Positions 1 through 15,950 are shown, counted from the first letter of the stretch. The stretch: DNA of 64,000 bases from Eledone cirrhosa (GCA_964016885.1 OZ024741.1:197842001-197906000); one strand, 5' to 3'. Numbers and translations: made by a program. Notes: generated by a model not told the origin, from the letters alone.

Positions 1-73
1 ACAGATTTCGCGCGCCCGATAGGGAATATTCGTTGGCGTATTTTAATCAATCTGACACCGACAATAGCAAAAA

Positions 74-177
74 ATGGCCACGGAGATTCTATTCCGACAA
101 AACTCCATTTTCCCCTCGGAATTCCATGACGATGGATGTGAAATCCGAAATATAGGGACGAATAAATCTATTCCAAG
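74..177 (+). CDS. Candidate first coding exon of an unidentified host gene (MATEILFRQNSIFPSEFHDDGCEIRNIGTNKSIP...)
   Basis: ATG in AAAAATGG context, 34 open codons, ends at AG|GTAACT (phase-2 donor), CpG-rich unique sequence upstream. Protein not recognised. Confidence 0.35.
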
Positions 178-309
178 GTAACTTCAACTTTGGCTTTCAT
201 TTTTTTTTACATTTCTCTTCCTCTTCACCCCTTCCTTTATGCTGCCACCTGATTTTGTTAGCCGAAGATTTAACCATCTGCATTGTAGGAGGCTTCCAAA
301 ACGATCATC

Positions 310-401
<92 letters not shown>

Positions 402-408
<7 letters not shown>

Positions 409-674
409 GTTAAATAAAAGTCAAATGATTAAAATTTAGATTCGTTTATTGCTGCTATATATATTTCAGTGACAGCCATCTTTGGCTCTGACCTCTTCAG
501 GCAGTTTGTATTAGTATGGTATAGACAAGTACATATGTTGTTTAGATGTATAATATTGTCAATACTCTGATATGCCCAGTTCCTTGTTGGGTTGTTAATT
601 CACTGAGGAACTGGATACTGAGTGCTCCAGCCTGCATACTGAGGTTTTGGTATACAACCAACATAAACTCAAAA

Positions 675-678
<4 letters not shown>
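402..678 (-). mobile_element. Short PLE-type 3' end module with HHR, flanked by (TA)n
   Basis: Reverse complement of 16925-17145; contains the HHR at 451-505. Confidence 0.7.
451..505 (-). ncRNA. Minimal type I hammerhead ribozyme
   Basis: Minus strand: actgc CTGAAGA ggtcagagccaaagatggctgtcact GAAA t ATAT ATA gcagc. Confidence 0.75.
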
Positions 679-748
<70 letters not shown>

Positions 749-749
749 C

Positions 750-796
<47 letters not shown>

Positions 797-805
797 TATA
801 TATAC

Positions 806-850
<45 letters not shown>

Positions 851-921
851 TATATACATAAATATATATATACATATACATATATATGTATACATATATA
901 TACATATATATATATATATAC

Positions 922-989
<68 letters not shown>

Positions 990-1546
990 AAGGCGGGTAA
1001 AATTACCGAGATCCATGGACGAGTTCTCTCCAGCGGTCTCTGTCCCTCATTATCGCTGCCATGTCCTGCATCTCCAACAGACCAGTGTCTGTCCTTAGGG
1101 CATCAACATATGTTAACCTTGGTCTTCCTCTTCTAGTGTGTCCATGTAGGGGCTCCCAAAGGAGCACTGAGTGCAATGTCAACTCTAAATGTCGGTGAGC
1201 ATGTCCAGCTAACCTCAGTCTCCTCCGTGTCACTTTTGAGCTGACTTTTGGGATGCTCCCATACAGCTCTGAGTTTTTCATCCTCAGTTTATACTGATTA
1301 ATGTTCAGAGCCATCCTCAGCATTCTCGTGTAGCACCCATCCACCATCTGAGTGAGTTTCTTGGTCAGTGTCCAAGTCGCAGACCCATACAGCAGCACAG
1401 ACTCCACTACAGCAATGAAGAGGCGGACTTTCAGGTCTCTACGAAGGTCCGACTTCCACACCGATCTCAAGCTGTGGCACGCCGCCCAGGCCTTGCTCTT
1501 CCTCTCAACCACATCATCTTCCGTATTCCCAATCTTTGCTCCCAAA
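990..1546 (-). mobile_element. 5'-truncated RTE-clade LINE 3' end (post-RT domain)
   Basis: ORF 1003..1827 contains [40 protein letters not shown] and RDRDRWR, typical of RTE C-termini; (TA)n on both sides. Confidence 0.85.
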
Positions 1547-1552
1547 GATATA

Positions 1553-1614
<62 letters not shown>

Positions 1615-1615
1615 C

Positions 1616-1792
<177 letters not shown>

Positions 1793-1811
1793 CATACATA
1801 TATATATATAC

Positions 1812-1920
<109 letters not shown>

Positions 1921-1924
1921 CATA

Positions 1925-2637
<713 letters not shown>

Positions 2638-2676
2638 CATATATATATATACATATACATATACATATATATATAT

Positions 2677-2711
<35 letters not shown>

Positions 2712-3339
2712 TATATATATACATATACATATACATATATATATATTGGAAAATGTGTGTAATCCTTGGTACAGTTAGGTATATTAAGACAGGGAGGAAG
2801 ACAAAATGGCTTCACTTGTGCTTTCAACAAATTTATTTTCTTCACAAAATGCAAAAAGAATTTTTCTTAAAAACAATTATTTTATAAATTAAGTTGTTGG
2901 TTGTTTGTTAGGTCTTAGGAGTTCTTGGTTAACGTAGGAGGTATTGTTTCGTTTTTAGAAAGACCTTTCACGCTGAGGTGCGCTTGTCAAACTGATGTGT
3001 ATGTGGTGTGTTGTTCTATATATAGGGATTTAACATGTCTGTGGTGTGGTAGGGGTTTCTTTTCTCCCCCTTTAATAAGTGCATGGGTGTAGGTGTGTTG
3101 AAAAAGTGTTCATAGCAGTAATGAGTTGAGACGGTGAGTAGGGTTGGGTGGGGAGAAACCTAGCAAGTGCGGCCTGCCCCGGTCATTCTCGAAAAATTCC
3201 TTTATTCAGGGGAAACAGCTTTTAGCATCGCTTTTGTGTTGAGAATGGTCACAGGCAAATCGCACCTGTCAAGCTTGTGAATAATTATTTTTTTCTTTTT
3301 TTCCTGAAGAATCTTTCTACGTCCATCCCAAAGTTAGTC

Positions 3340-3678
3340 CTTTGTTCAACACACACATATATATGTGTGCATATATGTACATACACACACGGGCATATGT
3401 AAGAATATATAGGCACACACCATCAATCACACACCCCTGTACAAATAAATACACAAAAACATATAGAGACACATATAAAAACACACATACACATACGTAC
3501 ACACACCTCCACATGGGTATATATATATATATACACATATATACACACATACATACACATATACATACATATACATATATATATATATAAATATATATAC
3601 ATACACATACACGTACACACACATACACACACACACATACATATATATACACATATATATATATATATATATATACAT

Positions 3679-3761
<83 letters not shown>

Positions 3762-3841
3762 TACATACATATACCTACATACACATACATATACACACAT
3801 AAAGATACATAACTAAATATACATATATACACACATACACG

Positions 3842-3872
<31 letters not shown>

Positions 3873-4024
3873 GCGCACGTGTGTACACACACACACGCAC
3901 ACACACACACATATACATATGTCCGTATATATACCCCTCCGTTCACACATACATGCATACATACACACACATACACACATACATCTATATATATATATGC
4001 ACATATAAAGAGAGAGGCATACAC

Positions 4025-4075
<51 letters not shown>

Positions 4076-4224
4076 CATATATATACATATACACACACAT
4101 ACATACACATTCATATACACATATGTACACATAAATACATACAGACACATACACACATATACACATACATATACACATACATACATATCCATATACATAT
4201 ATATACACACACATACATATGCAC

Positions 4225-4257
<33 letters not shown>

Positions 4258-4446
4258 CACATACATACACATACACATACACATACACATACAAGTACAT
4301 ACATACACACATACATGCATACACATACATGTACATACATACATACATACATATATATATATATATACACACATATACATACGCATATATATACATATAT
4401 ATACACATACACACATATACATACATACACACATACACACACACAC

Positions 4447-4501
<55 letters not shown>

Positions 4502-4724
4502 CGTATACACGAACACATAAAGACACATATACACATACACATACAAATACATATACATACATATATATACACACATACATCTACATACATACATACATAT
4601 ACACAAACAGAAACATACACACATGTACACACATATGTACATATATGCACATACATACACACACACACACATATATATAGGTACATACACATACATACAC
4701 ACACACATAAACATACATATCTAT

Positions 4725-4787
<63 letters not shown>

Positions 4788-4838
4788 TACACACACACCT
4801 ATATACAAACATACACATACATACATGTACATATACAC

Positions 4839-4895
<57 letters not shown>

Positions 4896-5100
4896 CACAT
4901 ATATATACATATATATATACACACATACATACAAACATACACACATCCATACATATATGTACATATATACACACACATACACACACACACACACATACAC
5001 ACACCCACATACATATATACCCACACGTACATACATCCATACATCCCTACACACACATATGTGTGTGTCTCACCGTTCATTCAGATATTCATGTGTATAC
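3340..5100. repeat. Compound (CA)/(TA)/(CATA) microsatellite tract
   Basis: Seen directly; source of the long [12 protein letters not shown] ORFs. Confidence 0.95.
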
Positions 5101-5104
5101 ATAA

Positions 5105-6235
5105 GAAGAGGGGGGGGGGTAGTGAAATGGAATTTTACCCCCGAGTGTTAATTCATTTTTTCGTGTTCAGTAGTGGTTTAAATTTTTCAATGAAGAATTC
5201 TTCTTTATATCTGCGGAAATGTTCGTTATCCGACCATATCTTGAAGAAAGGGAAGATTGTGAATTTTCCCTTCCCGCATGATGCAAAGTGTGCGCTACAT
5301 GTGGTATTTCTGACTGTGGGGTCTTTAATCTGTTGTTTATGTACCCGGACTCTATCATGTAATCCCGTTCCGGTTTCCCCAATGTTTCCTCTTTACACTG
5401 TGGACATGTTGCGCAATATATTAGGCTTTTCGTTTTGCAGTTCATGTTAGCATTGACCTTGAAATTATCATGGTTTTTGAATGACAACTGTTTGCCCTCT
5501 TCGATGAGTTCACAGGTTCCACATCTAGGGTCCCCGCATTTCGTCACTTGCATTGATTCCATGTTGGTCGTAAATTTTGCCTTGGTAATTAGTTTTTTAA
5601 GGTTGGGTGCTTGGCGTCTGCTATAAATTATCTGTGTGTTTTTTAAGAGTGCATTCATTTTGGTAGATTGCTGTAGAATCGGGAGATACTGCTTAGCAGT
5701 TTTCACAATGTTGATGTTCCCTGGGTTGTGAGTGATGACAAAAGTGATAGCAGGGTTTTCTTTTTTATGTTGTGGGTTTGGTTTTCTCAGTGTTGTTATT
5801 GGGATGTTCTTAGCCTTGGAGATGGCTGCGTTGATGAGTTTCATCGGGTATTCTTGTTTTTTAAGGAATTTTTTCAGGTCACATAATCTTTTTTCTTGTA
5901 GTACGGGGTGTGTTGCTATAGTGCAGATGCGCCTTGCTATGTTGAAGGGAATGTTCCTTTTCGTATGTGAGGGGTGTGCTGACCGGAAATTTAAGTATTG
6001 GTGTGTGTCAGTGGGTTTGCAAAATAGGTCTGTTATGACATTTTCCCCTTCTTTAATGATGAGGATATCTAGAAAGGGCAGTTGCTTTTCGTTACATTCC
6101 ATAGTAAATTGTATAGCTTCATGAAGCCTGTTTGGGATCGAATAAAATTTTTGTAGGTCTGTTTGGCTTCTGTTCCAGAAGATGAAGCAGTCATCTAGGT
6201 AACGTTTCCAGTTTTTATTAATGTAGAAGGCGAAG
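5105..6235 (-). mobile_element. 5'-truncated Penelope-like element (RT C-terminal half, Cys-rich linker, GIY-YIG endonuclease), frameshifted
   Basis: [55 protein letters not shown]; the 5' end abuts (TA)n. Confidence 0.92.
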
Positions 6236-6294
6236 TATATGTATATGTATATATATATATATACATATAGATATACATATATATATACATATAC

Positions 6295-6407
<113 letters not shown>

Positions 6408-6410
6408 TAC

Positions 6411-6443
<33 letters not shown>

Positions 6444-6482
6444 CGTGTGCGTGTCTGTGTGTGTGTACATATATGTACATCA

Positions 6483-6512
<30 letters not shown>

Positions 6513-6519
<7 letters not shown>

Positions 6520-7210
6520 GAATAAATGTTGTGTAATGCAGAATGCAAATATTATAAGTAAATAAGACAGGTAATTGTCATTCAAGAATTACCTATCTTA
6601 TTTACTTATATTATTTGCATTCTGCCTTGTGCCAAAAAGTAGAAACAATTATTTGCATTCTGCATTACACAACATTTATTCATATTATCATTACGTGTTT
6701 CTTTACCATAATGCATGCCATTTTTAACACTTTTAATATTTAACATTCTGTATGGCATATGATTGATTTATTCATTTTCTAACTCTTACCTCATGCATGC
6801 CTTTATTAATTTCATGCATTATATACCCTTAATATTACATTTTCAATGCTATGATATATTTTATCTATCTTGTGTAACACGTTTTTGCTTGGTATTTTTT
6901 GCATCTGTATCACCTTATAGGATATCGTTATATATAATATACTCAACGTTTTCACTCTTCACTGTTGCTCCTTATAATTTGATATCTGTATAACTTAACA
7001 TCTTTTTGTCATACCTGATTTTCAATATGATGTCACTGACACTGTCAATAGTAATGTATCTTTATGAATGTTCTGATGACTAGTATTATAATAACTTGTT
7101 TAAACATTGTGTATGCTCCGATAATTCCAGACATTTGTCGCGAAGAAACAATTGTCAGCAACTAAATGTATTAAACTAAACTTTGATTGTTTTATATTTT
7201 GAATTTTCTT
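6513..7210 (+). mobile_element. Probable PLE 3' UTR with short inverted 5' segment and a degenerate HHR
   Basis: 6513-6600 is inverted against 6600-6690; tgct CCGATAA...GAAA c AATT GTC agca at ~7114-7160; ends at (TA)n. Confidence 0.5.
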
Positions 7211-7227
7211 TATATATATATATATAT

Positions 7228-7470
7228 ATTGGTAAACGGAATAGAAAATGCTGACAAATTGTTCACAGTTGAAAAATGGTTTAATTAGGAATAAAAGAGT
7301 ATTAGTGATTGTATGGGTTAGTATTCAGTTGTGGTTTTAAGTTTTTAAGTTTTTACCGGTTGCGCATTTCTAAATGCTTTTCAAAAATAATTTTGAGATA
7401 GAGTGTCCGTGCTGTTTGCTCTGATCTGATTAGTTTTGGGAATTCTACCTGTTTTTATGTTAAAAAAGTG
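7228..7470 (-). mobile_element. Inverted partial copy of the ~1-kb non-coding family (see 8680-9662)
   Basis: Reverse complement of ~9370-9616. Confidence 0.8.
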
Positions 7471-8445
7471 GCATGGGCTCAACACAAATATTAACTTCAC
7501 GATGGAATACAGCCATCAACAACTCCCTTTCCTCGACATCCTCATTAAGATCCATAACAAAAAAATAGAAACAGACATATACTACAAGCCCACAGACTCC
7601 AAGCAATATCTCCCCTTCAACTCTTGCCACCCTAGACACGTTAAAATTAATATTCCCTACAACTTAGCCAAGAGAATCTGTACTATAGTCTCCAATAAAA
7701 ACATCTGCTACTTACGGCTACAAGAACTAAAGGACACACTCATAGGCAGGGACTATGGAATCCAACGTGCCCTAAAACTCAGTACCCAGGACCTTAGACA
7801 CCCTAAAGTAAATCAACCAAAACTAAAAACTCTTCCATACATCTCCACACACAACCCCCTCAACAATGAGGCCTTTGACACCATCCTCCAGAACATCCCT
7901 GTATTGAAAAAGGACCATAGAATGAACCAAATTCTACGAACACACGATATCATAAAGAGCAAAAGACAATCCAAGTCAATGAAAAACATCTTAACACATG
8001 CCAAAATACTGCCAACCACAACAACGAAACCCACAGTAAAAAAAAATGCGATAGACCCAACTGTGGCATTTGCATCAACCTAATAGAGGGTTCGGAATTC
8101 TATTTCAAAGATGGACAACGTTTTATAGTAAAACACAATTTCACATGTGCATCGGAAAATCTAATATATGTATTAACTTGTTCAGGTTGTCGAGAACAAT
8201 ACATAGGCCAGACCAAAAACAGCCTCCGCCAACGCATGACTGTCCATAGATCCCAAATTAAAATACGGGAATACAGGAAAATACCACTGAGTGAACACAT
8301 TGATACCTGTGCCGCCCAAAATCATCCCAACTTCAGAATCTTTCCCCTCTACAAATTTAAAGATAATGCCACCCACACCCAGCGCATCAGCAAGGAATCT
8401 TACTTCATTAACAAATACGGACCCCGTCTAAACACTTCTCCCTAA
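7470..8445 (+). mobile_element. 5'-truncated Penelope-like element (RT thumb + GIY-YIG), frameshifted near the poly-A at ~8040
   Basis: [19 protein letters not shown], then NFTCASENLIYVLTCSGCREQYIGQT and RQRMTVH...ESYFINKYGPRLN. Confidence 0.92.
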
Positions 8446-8679
8446 GACGAACCCACAACATACACACGTCAACATACATACCTACATCAGCACACATCTC
8501 TACCCACATATAAACACAATGACACACGTAAACACACATGCTCTATGGTGCAATACAAGAAAATATATGTGCATATATATGTATGTATATATGTATATAT
8601 ATATATATATATGTAGTGAATATATGTATGTGTATATATATATATAGTGAATATCATTTCACACCTTTTATTGTTAAGA

Positions 8680-8764
8680 TTTTTGATGTTCTATTAAGAG
8701 AACCGATTTTACTGAAAAAATCGAATAATGTACACCATTTTACCAGGGGGAAAAAAATACTGGT

Positions 8765-8803
<39 letters not shown>

Positions 8804-8845
8804 CACAAACACATACACACGCGTACATCAACATACAAAGAGACT

Positions 8846-8882
<37 letters not shown>

Positions 8883-8971
8883 TTCTCCGTATAAGACAAA
8901 AGCTGAAAAATATCTTTTGACATGCTAAATTGCTTTCAGACACATTCTTACTGACCATCGAATTACTCTGC

Positions 8972-9020
<49 letters not shown>

Positions 9021-9089
9021 ATCTTAATAGCCATTTGACACACATCGCTGCTGGCCATTGTCGGAGCATCGAACACCTTACTACTACTA

Positions 9090-9143
<54 letters not shown>

Positions 9144-9658
9144 TTGTTGTGAAAGAGTCATTTCTCAATCTTGGCGCAAAACCAATTTTTTATCCACATG
9201 ACCTCTACCGACCAATCAAAATTGTTTTGACCAAGAATTTTTGCTGGAGCCACTTTTTTAACATAAAAACAGTCTTGGCGCAAAATCAACTTTTTACATT
9301 CACATGACCTCTACCGACCAATCAAAATTGTTTTGACCACAAGAATTTTTGCAACACAAAAATAACGCTGGAGCCACTTTTTTAACATAAAAACAGGTAG
9401 AATTCCCAAAACTAATCAGATCAGAGCAAACAGCACGGACACTCTATCTCAAAATTATTTTTGAAAAGCATTTAGAAATGCGCAACCGGTAAAAACTTAA
9501 AAACTTAGAACCACAACTGAATACTAACCCATACAATCACTAATACTCTTTTATTCCTAATTAAACCCTTTTTCAACTGTGAACAATTTGTCAGCATTTT
9601 CTATTCCGTTTACCAATATATAATAACTTGTGTGTTGTGTGTTACACCTCTATTCTTT

Positions 9659-9662
<4 letters not shown>
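8680..9662 (+). mobile_element. ~1-kb non-coding repeat family with internal (CA)n, probably a PLE 3' UTR/pLTR
   Basis: Near-identical copies or fragments at 7228, 16588, 33488, 36637, 37681, 38252 and 39455; internal ~110-bp duplication; ends in (TA)n. Confidence 0.75.
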
Positions 9663-9740
<78 letters not shown>

Positions 9741-9742
<2 letters not shown>

Positions 9743-10030
9743 GGCTGCCCCCTCGTTATAGAGTATGGTCATTGGACGATATAAAATTATTAATAATTAT
9801 CAATTAATGCTATCGTGCAGTGCCTGTGTGTAAAGATTTTGTTAAAGTGAGAACCGACTGTGCACTGAGCCAATCCCACTCACTGAGCGATGGTAGCTAT
9901 AACCGGAAAAGAAGAAAAGATCAACATCATCGGTAACTACTGAGCCGCAGGTTTTATGCCGGAGTTATCCCAGTTTCCTGAGTTGCCTTCGCCTAGAAGT
10001 ATGCTCAGGCAAAGGCTAGGGGTTCTTCAT
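9741..10030 (-). mobile_element. Short non-autonomous element, RTE-related (bipartite-like)
   Basis: Homologous to 13490-13895; minus strand has ctaggcgaaggcaactc, resembling the RTE 5' UTR motif as I recall it, plus a terminal hairpin before (TA)n. Confidence 0.45.
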
Positions 10031-10139
10031 TCCCAGTGGTTTAACCGCGCAATTGTATATCCAGTTCGATTATATCTGTCCCCGCACATATACATACACA
10101 TGCATACATATATATACATGCACACACACACACACCACA

Positions 10140-13100
10140 GAAATTTGACACCACGTGTAACATCCGAGTCTACCTCGACTGTTGTGGAAAATACTATCGA
10201 TAATGATAATCAAAAGTATAAACAATTGAAAATTTCCCTCAACGAAATCTTCCAGAGAGAAATTAACTCATGTATAAACATCTCTCTTGCTGAAACGTGA
10301 TAAAACGACAATGTTTAATAAAAAAAAAACAAATAATGAAATATTACGTTTTATTGACGAAATAGGGGATGAATATTTACGACGGATAAAAACCCCAACA
10401 TTTTGGCAAATCAACGCCTGTTTATATAACCTAGCAACGACAGTGAAGCATTATTTTGGTGATAGCAGAGATATTAACAAGAACAAAACACCACCAAAAA
10501 TAACATCATGTATAACTAAAATAGAAAAAAAGAGTGCTGACCTACGAAAAAACATAGGATATGTGACAATGCTCCTTACATGCAGACAAACACAAAAATC
10601 CTCACTCCTCACCAACAACGAGTGAAAAATAAAATAGAGACGATATTTGGTAACAGTAGAAGCAGAACTCTCCAATATAAGCTGATCACCCTCAAACAAG
10701 AATTGAGAGCTGTTAGCAAAAAACGCCGATACCTGAAGAAGGGAGATGAGAGAAAAGTGCTTAATAAAAGATTCAGACGAAACCAAACATCAGTCTATAG
10801 AGATATGAAGGGCAAAATAATAAGTGTCGCTGAGGCCCCATCCCAGAAAGACATAGATTCCTTTTGGAGCAAAATATGGGGTGAAAAGAAGAATTTCAAC
10901 CAAGATGCAGTGTGGCTAAGAGAAATCCGAAAGAACTATTGCTCCTACACTACAACAAAAACATAGGAAATAAGTGAGGGTACCCTTGAGACTGTGATAG
11001 GAAAACTCCAGGAAGAGACATAATTGTCGGCTACTGGTTCAAAAAACTGATATTCTATCGGAGGTATCTTACTGACCTCTACCAACAAGTTCTTAAGGGA
11101 GATACACTTATACCAGAATTAGCACAAATATTACTGGTCCCCAAGAACAAAGACACCCATTTGGCAAAAAGCTACCGACCCATTGCATGCCAGAACCTGA
11201 TGTATAAGATATATACAGCCTGTCTGACCCTATTCCTCCAAGATCACTGTGAAAATAATAACATCATCACAGATTAACAAGCAGCTGGAAAGAAAGAGGT
11301 TTGGGGATGTGCTGAACAACTCCTAATCAACAAAACTGCGATTTCGGAGGTGCGACAACTTAGGAGGAATATGACTACAGTCTGGCTGGACTACAGGAAA
11401 GCTTTCGATTCTGTTCCCCACTCTTGGATGATAGAGGCCCTCCAACTTGCTAAAGTCCCAGACATTATTGTCAGAGCCATAGAGAGGCTGTCTTCTTCTT
11501 GGGCTACTATCCTAAGGTTAAAGACAGAGAGGGAGGACTCTACTTTCACTGATAAAATAAAATAAAATATTGCAGGGGTATATTTCAGGGGGACAGTTTC
11601 TCTGTGATATTATTCATCTTGTCATTAAACCCCTTGTCCTTTCTGCTCAAGAAATGTGAGGGATACATCATTGGCTCACAGGAGGGCAGAAATACGAACC
11701 TAACCCATAATTTCTTTGTGGACGATCTGCAACTCTATGCCAAGAACATGGATGGGATGAAGAGAAATCTTGACCTGGTTACAACGTTCTCAAAGGATAT
11801 AGGAATGGAGTTTGGCCAAGATAAATGATCATAAAGCGAGGTAAAACAACAACCCAATCTAGCAACATTGTCATCAATGGCCTAACTGTTTCACCGATAT
11901 CTGATGAGGACTGCTACAGATATCTGGGGATAGATGAGAACATATCCTATAATGGTATCTGTAATAAAGAACGCGTAACCAAGGAATACTACACCCGATT
12001 AAGAAAGATATGATCATCGGAACTCTCTGCGCAAAACAAAACAGTGGCTCACAATGTTTTTGCTGTGCCTGTCCTAACACCAACGTTTGGAATACTCAAT
12101 TGGACGATAGACGAAATCCGAGAGGTTGATGTTGGAACTCGAAACATACTGAACAACACGGGAAACTTCCATATCAACAGTGACATAGACCGCCTTTACT
12201 TGACGACAACATTTGAATGTCGCATCATATCACTCCGACAACATCTACGAACCTCGAAGCAAGTCTCTCGAGCAAGTCTATCTGCATGAAACAGATAAGA
12301 TCATGAGAGTTGGGAAGGAACTCCTCGAGAGATATTCCCTGTGTGATAATCAAAAACTCACACCCAGGGATGTCGCTCGGCAGTATCGCAGTGAGTCCTT
12401 GGATGAAAAACTGCATACCTATCAGCAAAGAATCATGCATGGATATGTTGCCAGGAAGCTCCAGAGTGAGAGTAATATAGATAAGGAAAGTAGTCTATCT
12501 TGGACCAACAACCGCTCTATTGGCTCCCACTTTGAAGGATACGACTTTGCAATCCAGGAACAGGAGATTAACACGAAATACCTGATTCACAAAAGAGATA
12601 GGGATGCAAGCAAAACACCTAGATGTGATAACAAATGCAGACTCTGCAGAACTAACATCGAGGATATCACACATGTCATCAGCAGCTGTGCAAAGATGTC
12701 ATCGCGGCACTATCTACCTATGAGGCATGATGTAGGGGCCAAAACACTGTACAATGCAGTTCGTAAAAAAGATAGCCACGATAATAAACACATTAAAATC
12801 TCAGCAATGTGGAAGACATCCATGTACATAATATGAAAGAGTATTGGTGGAATGTTCCAGTAAAAACCCCAATAAAATGCAGGCATAACAGACCAGATAT
12901 TATGATATGGGTCAGGGAGAAGAAGCATGCACAGTAGTGGAAATTAGCTGCCCAGCAGATGCCAATATAATACCAAAGATTAGTGAAAAGGAGAATATTT
13001 ATACAGAACTGATGAGAAATCTGCAGATACACCTGATGACACCTTCAGATTTATGCCTCTGATTATTGGGGCACTGGGATATGTTAGTAACTGCCTCAAT

Positions 13101-13440
13101 ACAAATCTTGAGAAGCTAGGCTTCACAGGAACAGAAAGAACACAGCTAGTTAGGAAATTACAAGTACAATCCATTAATGGAACAGTACAATTATGTAAAA
13201 CATTCCAAAAATGTTGCATCTAATAACTGCATATACACATGTACAGATGCAAAGCATATACATATGCACACATACAACTCAAAACATACACATCCACACA
13301 TACAATAACATCCATATCTACACATGCATGCATGCAGACATACATACATAATCTACCTAGTTGATGTGTAAATTCCAATGAGAGAGTCTTGTGTCTATGT
13401 TAGAAACCGACTCTCTCTCTATTGGTAAAACTTAAAAGAA
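10140..13440 (+). mobile_element. Degenerate R4/Dong-clade non-LTR retrotransposon (RT + CCHC + restriction-like endonuclease), many stops and frameshifts
   Basis: SYRPIACQNLMYK, VWLDYRKAFDSVPHSW, FQGDS, THNFFVDDL, YRYLG, AIQEQEINT, CRLC...HVISSC...RHD, RPDIMIW, VEISCP. Confidence 0.92.
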
Positions 13441-13489
13441 CATACATACATGGTGGCATGAAATTATAAAACCAGAAGAACATATATAC

Positions 13490-13895
13490 ATGGTGGCTGC
13501 AAACTCGTTTTCGAGTACGGCCACTACTTTATATCCATGTAGGAGAACCCCTACCGATGCGCTGAACGATTGTGTGACTTTTTAGTCCAGCCAGCGACTT
13601 GAAAACTCTGGTACAAACACTACACTTGTGACAATTATTGTCACATAGTGCTCGGCCCATGGTACTATGTGACGACAAGTGAAGAGAGATCTCCAGATAT
13701 AAAGCAATGCCTGTACCGTGAAGCTTTTATAGTGAGCAAAGGCACTGCACAAAGCCAGTCCCACTCTCTTAACCAAGATGATATTTACCAAAAAGAAGAA
13801 CAAGTCAACATCATTGGATACCATCAGAGTTGCAGGTGTTATATCAAAGTTTTCCTTCTCCTAGAATTCTGCCTTGACAAAGGCTAAGGGGTCAT
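13490..13895 (-). mobile_element. Second, diverged copy of the RTE-related short element
   Basis: Minus strand ctaggagaaggaaaact; shares blocks with 9741-10030; (CATA)n flanks. Confidence 0.45.
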
Positions 13896-13957
13896 CTCAT
13901 ACATACATACATACATACATACATACATACATACATACATACATACATACATACATA

Positions 13958-14145
13958 CATTAAAAATAACTGAAAGCCGGACTGGAAACTTTCTTTAAAA
14001 TTTTCATTCAGCGAAAACACTATACGTATTTCAATGGCCCAGTTTTATCATCCAAACATGATGCAAGACTGAAATATATATAGCGTTTTTGCTGAATTAA
14101 CATTTTAAAGAATGTTTCTCGTCCGTCCTTTTATTGTATTAATGA
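13958..14145. repeat. Imperfect inverted repeat containing HHR 3' halves
   Basis: aaaataac...cagcgaaaacactatacgtatttc versus GAAAtatatatagcgtttttgctg...ttgtattaat. Confidence 0.6.
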
Positions 14146-14449
14146 ATACACCGTTTTGCACCAGCCACGGGATACCACATCTACGATGGATGATCTGCAT
14201 AACTTCGAGTGCTTTAATTCATTGCATCATCGTTTACTAACCGGAATCACCGGTTCTACCCACTGACAGACAACATAAAATAAATGATATTTATAGGTGG
14301 GGGTATTCATGTATATATATGTATGTCTCATCCCGTCTCCCTTTTCAGCCGATATTCTGATCAAACCAGGAAATCTTATTCATGTCTCTCGCTCCGCCAT
14401 AACCTTTTTGTATTTCTCATTCATTCTTCAGCCCAGTATTTGTTGTTAA

Positions 14450-15950
14450 GTATGTCACTAAAACAATAAAATGACTGGTTTTTCTTTGACGTTTAATCTG
14501 GCTGTGTCTATCATATCATTAAATTTGTAACCATTTCTTCAGAATGACTCGAATGATGACTTGCCAGTCGCAGCTTTGTCTTGGCTACATGTTCAGTAAA
14601 CTTTGATCGATCCTATCAGAGTGTTGAGCCTATCATAAATTTCTGTAATGGTGGTGTGGCTCTTCCAAATGATGTTAAAAATCATCTATAATACGCCGGA
14701 TTACATTTCGTCTAGCTGGTTTTCACGTTTCCGTGCGAGTGTTCATGCCTTACAGCCATATAAAAAGATAGATTCATCTGTTATTAAAAAGGTTCTGATT
14801 TTCATATTCTTCTTTAATATTCTTCTTCGTGGGCGACTCCAAGATCTTCGATAATTTAAGACATACTTGTTAAACGATTCTTTTTTTCATTTTAATCAAT
14901 TTAAATATTCGTATAGCGCTAGTAAGCCATGTCCGACTAGTTAAGAAACCAACACAAGAGGTGGGGAGGGGAAAAACTAAAAGAAGAAAAACAAGAGGCA
15001 AATGAAGCATAAATAAGATTTTGAAAGAATGTGGAAAACAAGGGCAGCTATAAAGCAGCAAAATATTTCCGTTGTTAATTCTAAAAGATCTTGTCTCTTA
15101 CCATATATGGCACCTCCAATCTTGGTAAATTTTAAAGACAGCTTCAAGACGCCATCTTCTCTCTGACTGTCAGTTTCTACATTAGAACAAATAATGCCAA
15201 AGAGTTTTTGGACAGTCTCCACAAAAATATAGAGGTGACTCTATAAAACTTGTTGGTGATAAAATATAGTTCAATGGTATATGTCCAGTTCGAAGTCAGC
15301 AATTTCATTTTTTATTAATATTGCTCAGTGTCTGATACATTTTAAATGTTGACAGATCTGCCTTTGACAATGGTGAACTGAAATTTGAGAGCTTATCTCA
15401 AAATAATTCTTCCGAAAAGTTTTCCCCACATTTGACTAATTGTTTCTGCTAAATAATTTGATTTGCGATAGGTTCGTATGTAGTCTATTATATCTATTTT
15501 CCCCTTTGTGCTCCCTCTTTTGCTAATTCAACTGTTTTCCTATTTCCTCTAATATCTGTATGACCTGGTATCCAAATCATTGTTATTTGTTTATTATTTC
15601 CTGAACGTTAGTTATCTATTCTTGGTACAATATTTTTAATATCTCTAATACGTCCTCTTTTTCTTGATTGAAACAGTTCTGGGGTCAATAAACTATCTGT
15701 ATAATTGATCCAATTATTAAGACTGTGTTATTGTTATGGAATTCTGTTGCTGGCTCTTTTGAGGTTTTATTTGATATTTTGAACTATTTTAATTGTTCTA
15801 CCCACAAAGGAAGCCAAACATCATGATATTTTCATTTGCATTTAAACTGAGCAGTTAGGATTTTACGCTTCCTAGATTCTTCTATTGACAAGTGAGAAGA
15901 GATTTTGTTGATATCTTTTTCTGGACTGGCTATCCAAATTATATCATATA
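14450..15950 (-). mobile_element. Old LINE remnant with an RNase H domain (I-group-like)
   Basis: Minus strand ~15520-15700 reads TDSLL ... ITMIWIPGHTDIRGNRKTVELAK; boundaries uncertain. Confidence 0.55.

Noticed and set aside
9741-9775. 5' end or HDV-like ribozyme of the R4/Dong element
   Set aside because: Homologous to 13490-13525 and better explained as the terminus of a separate short element; no nested pseudoknot found.
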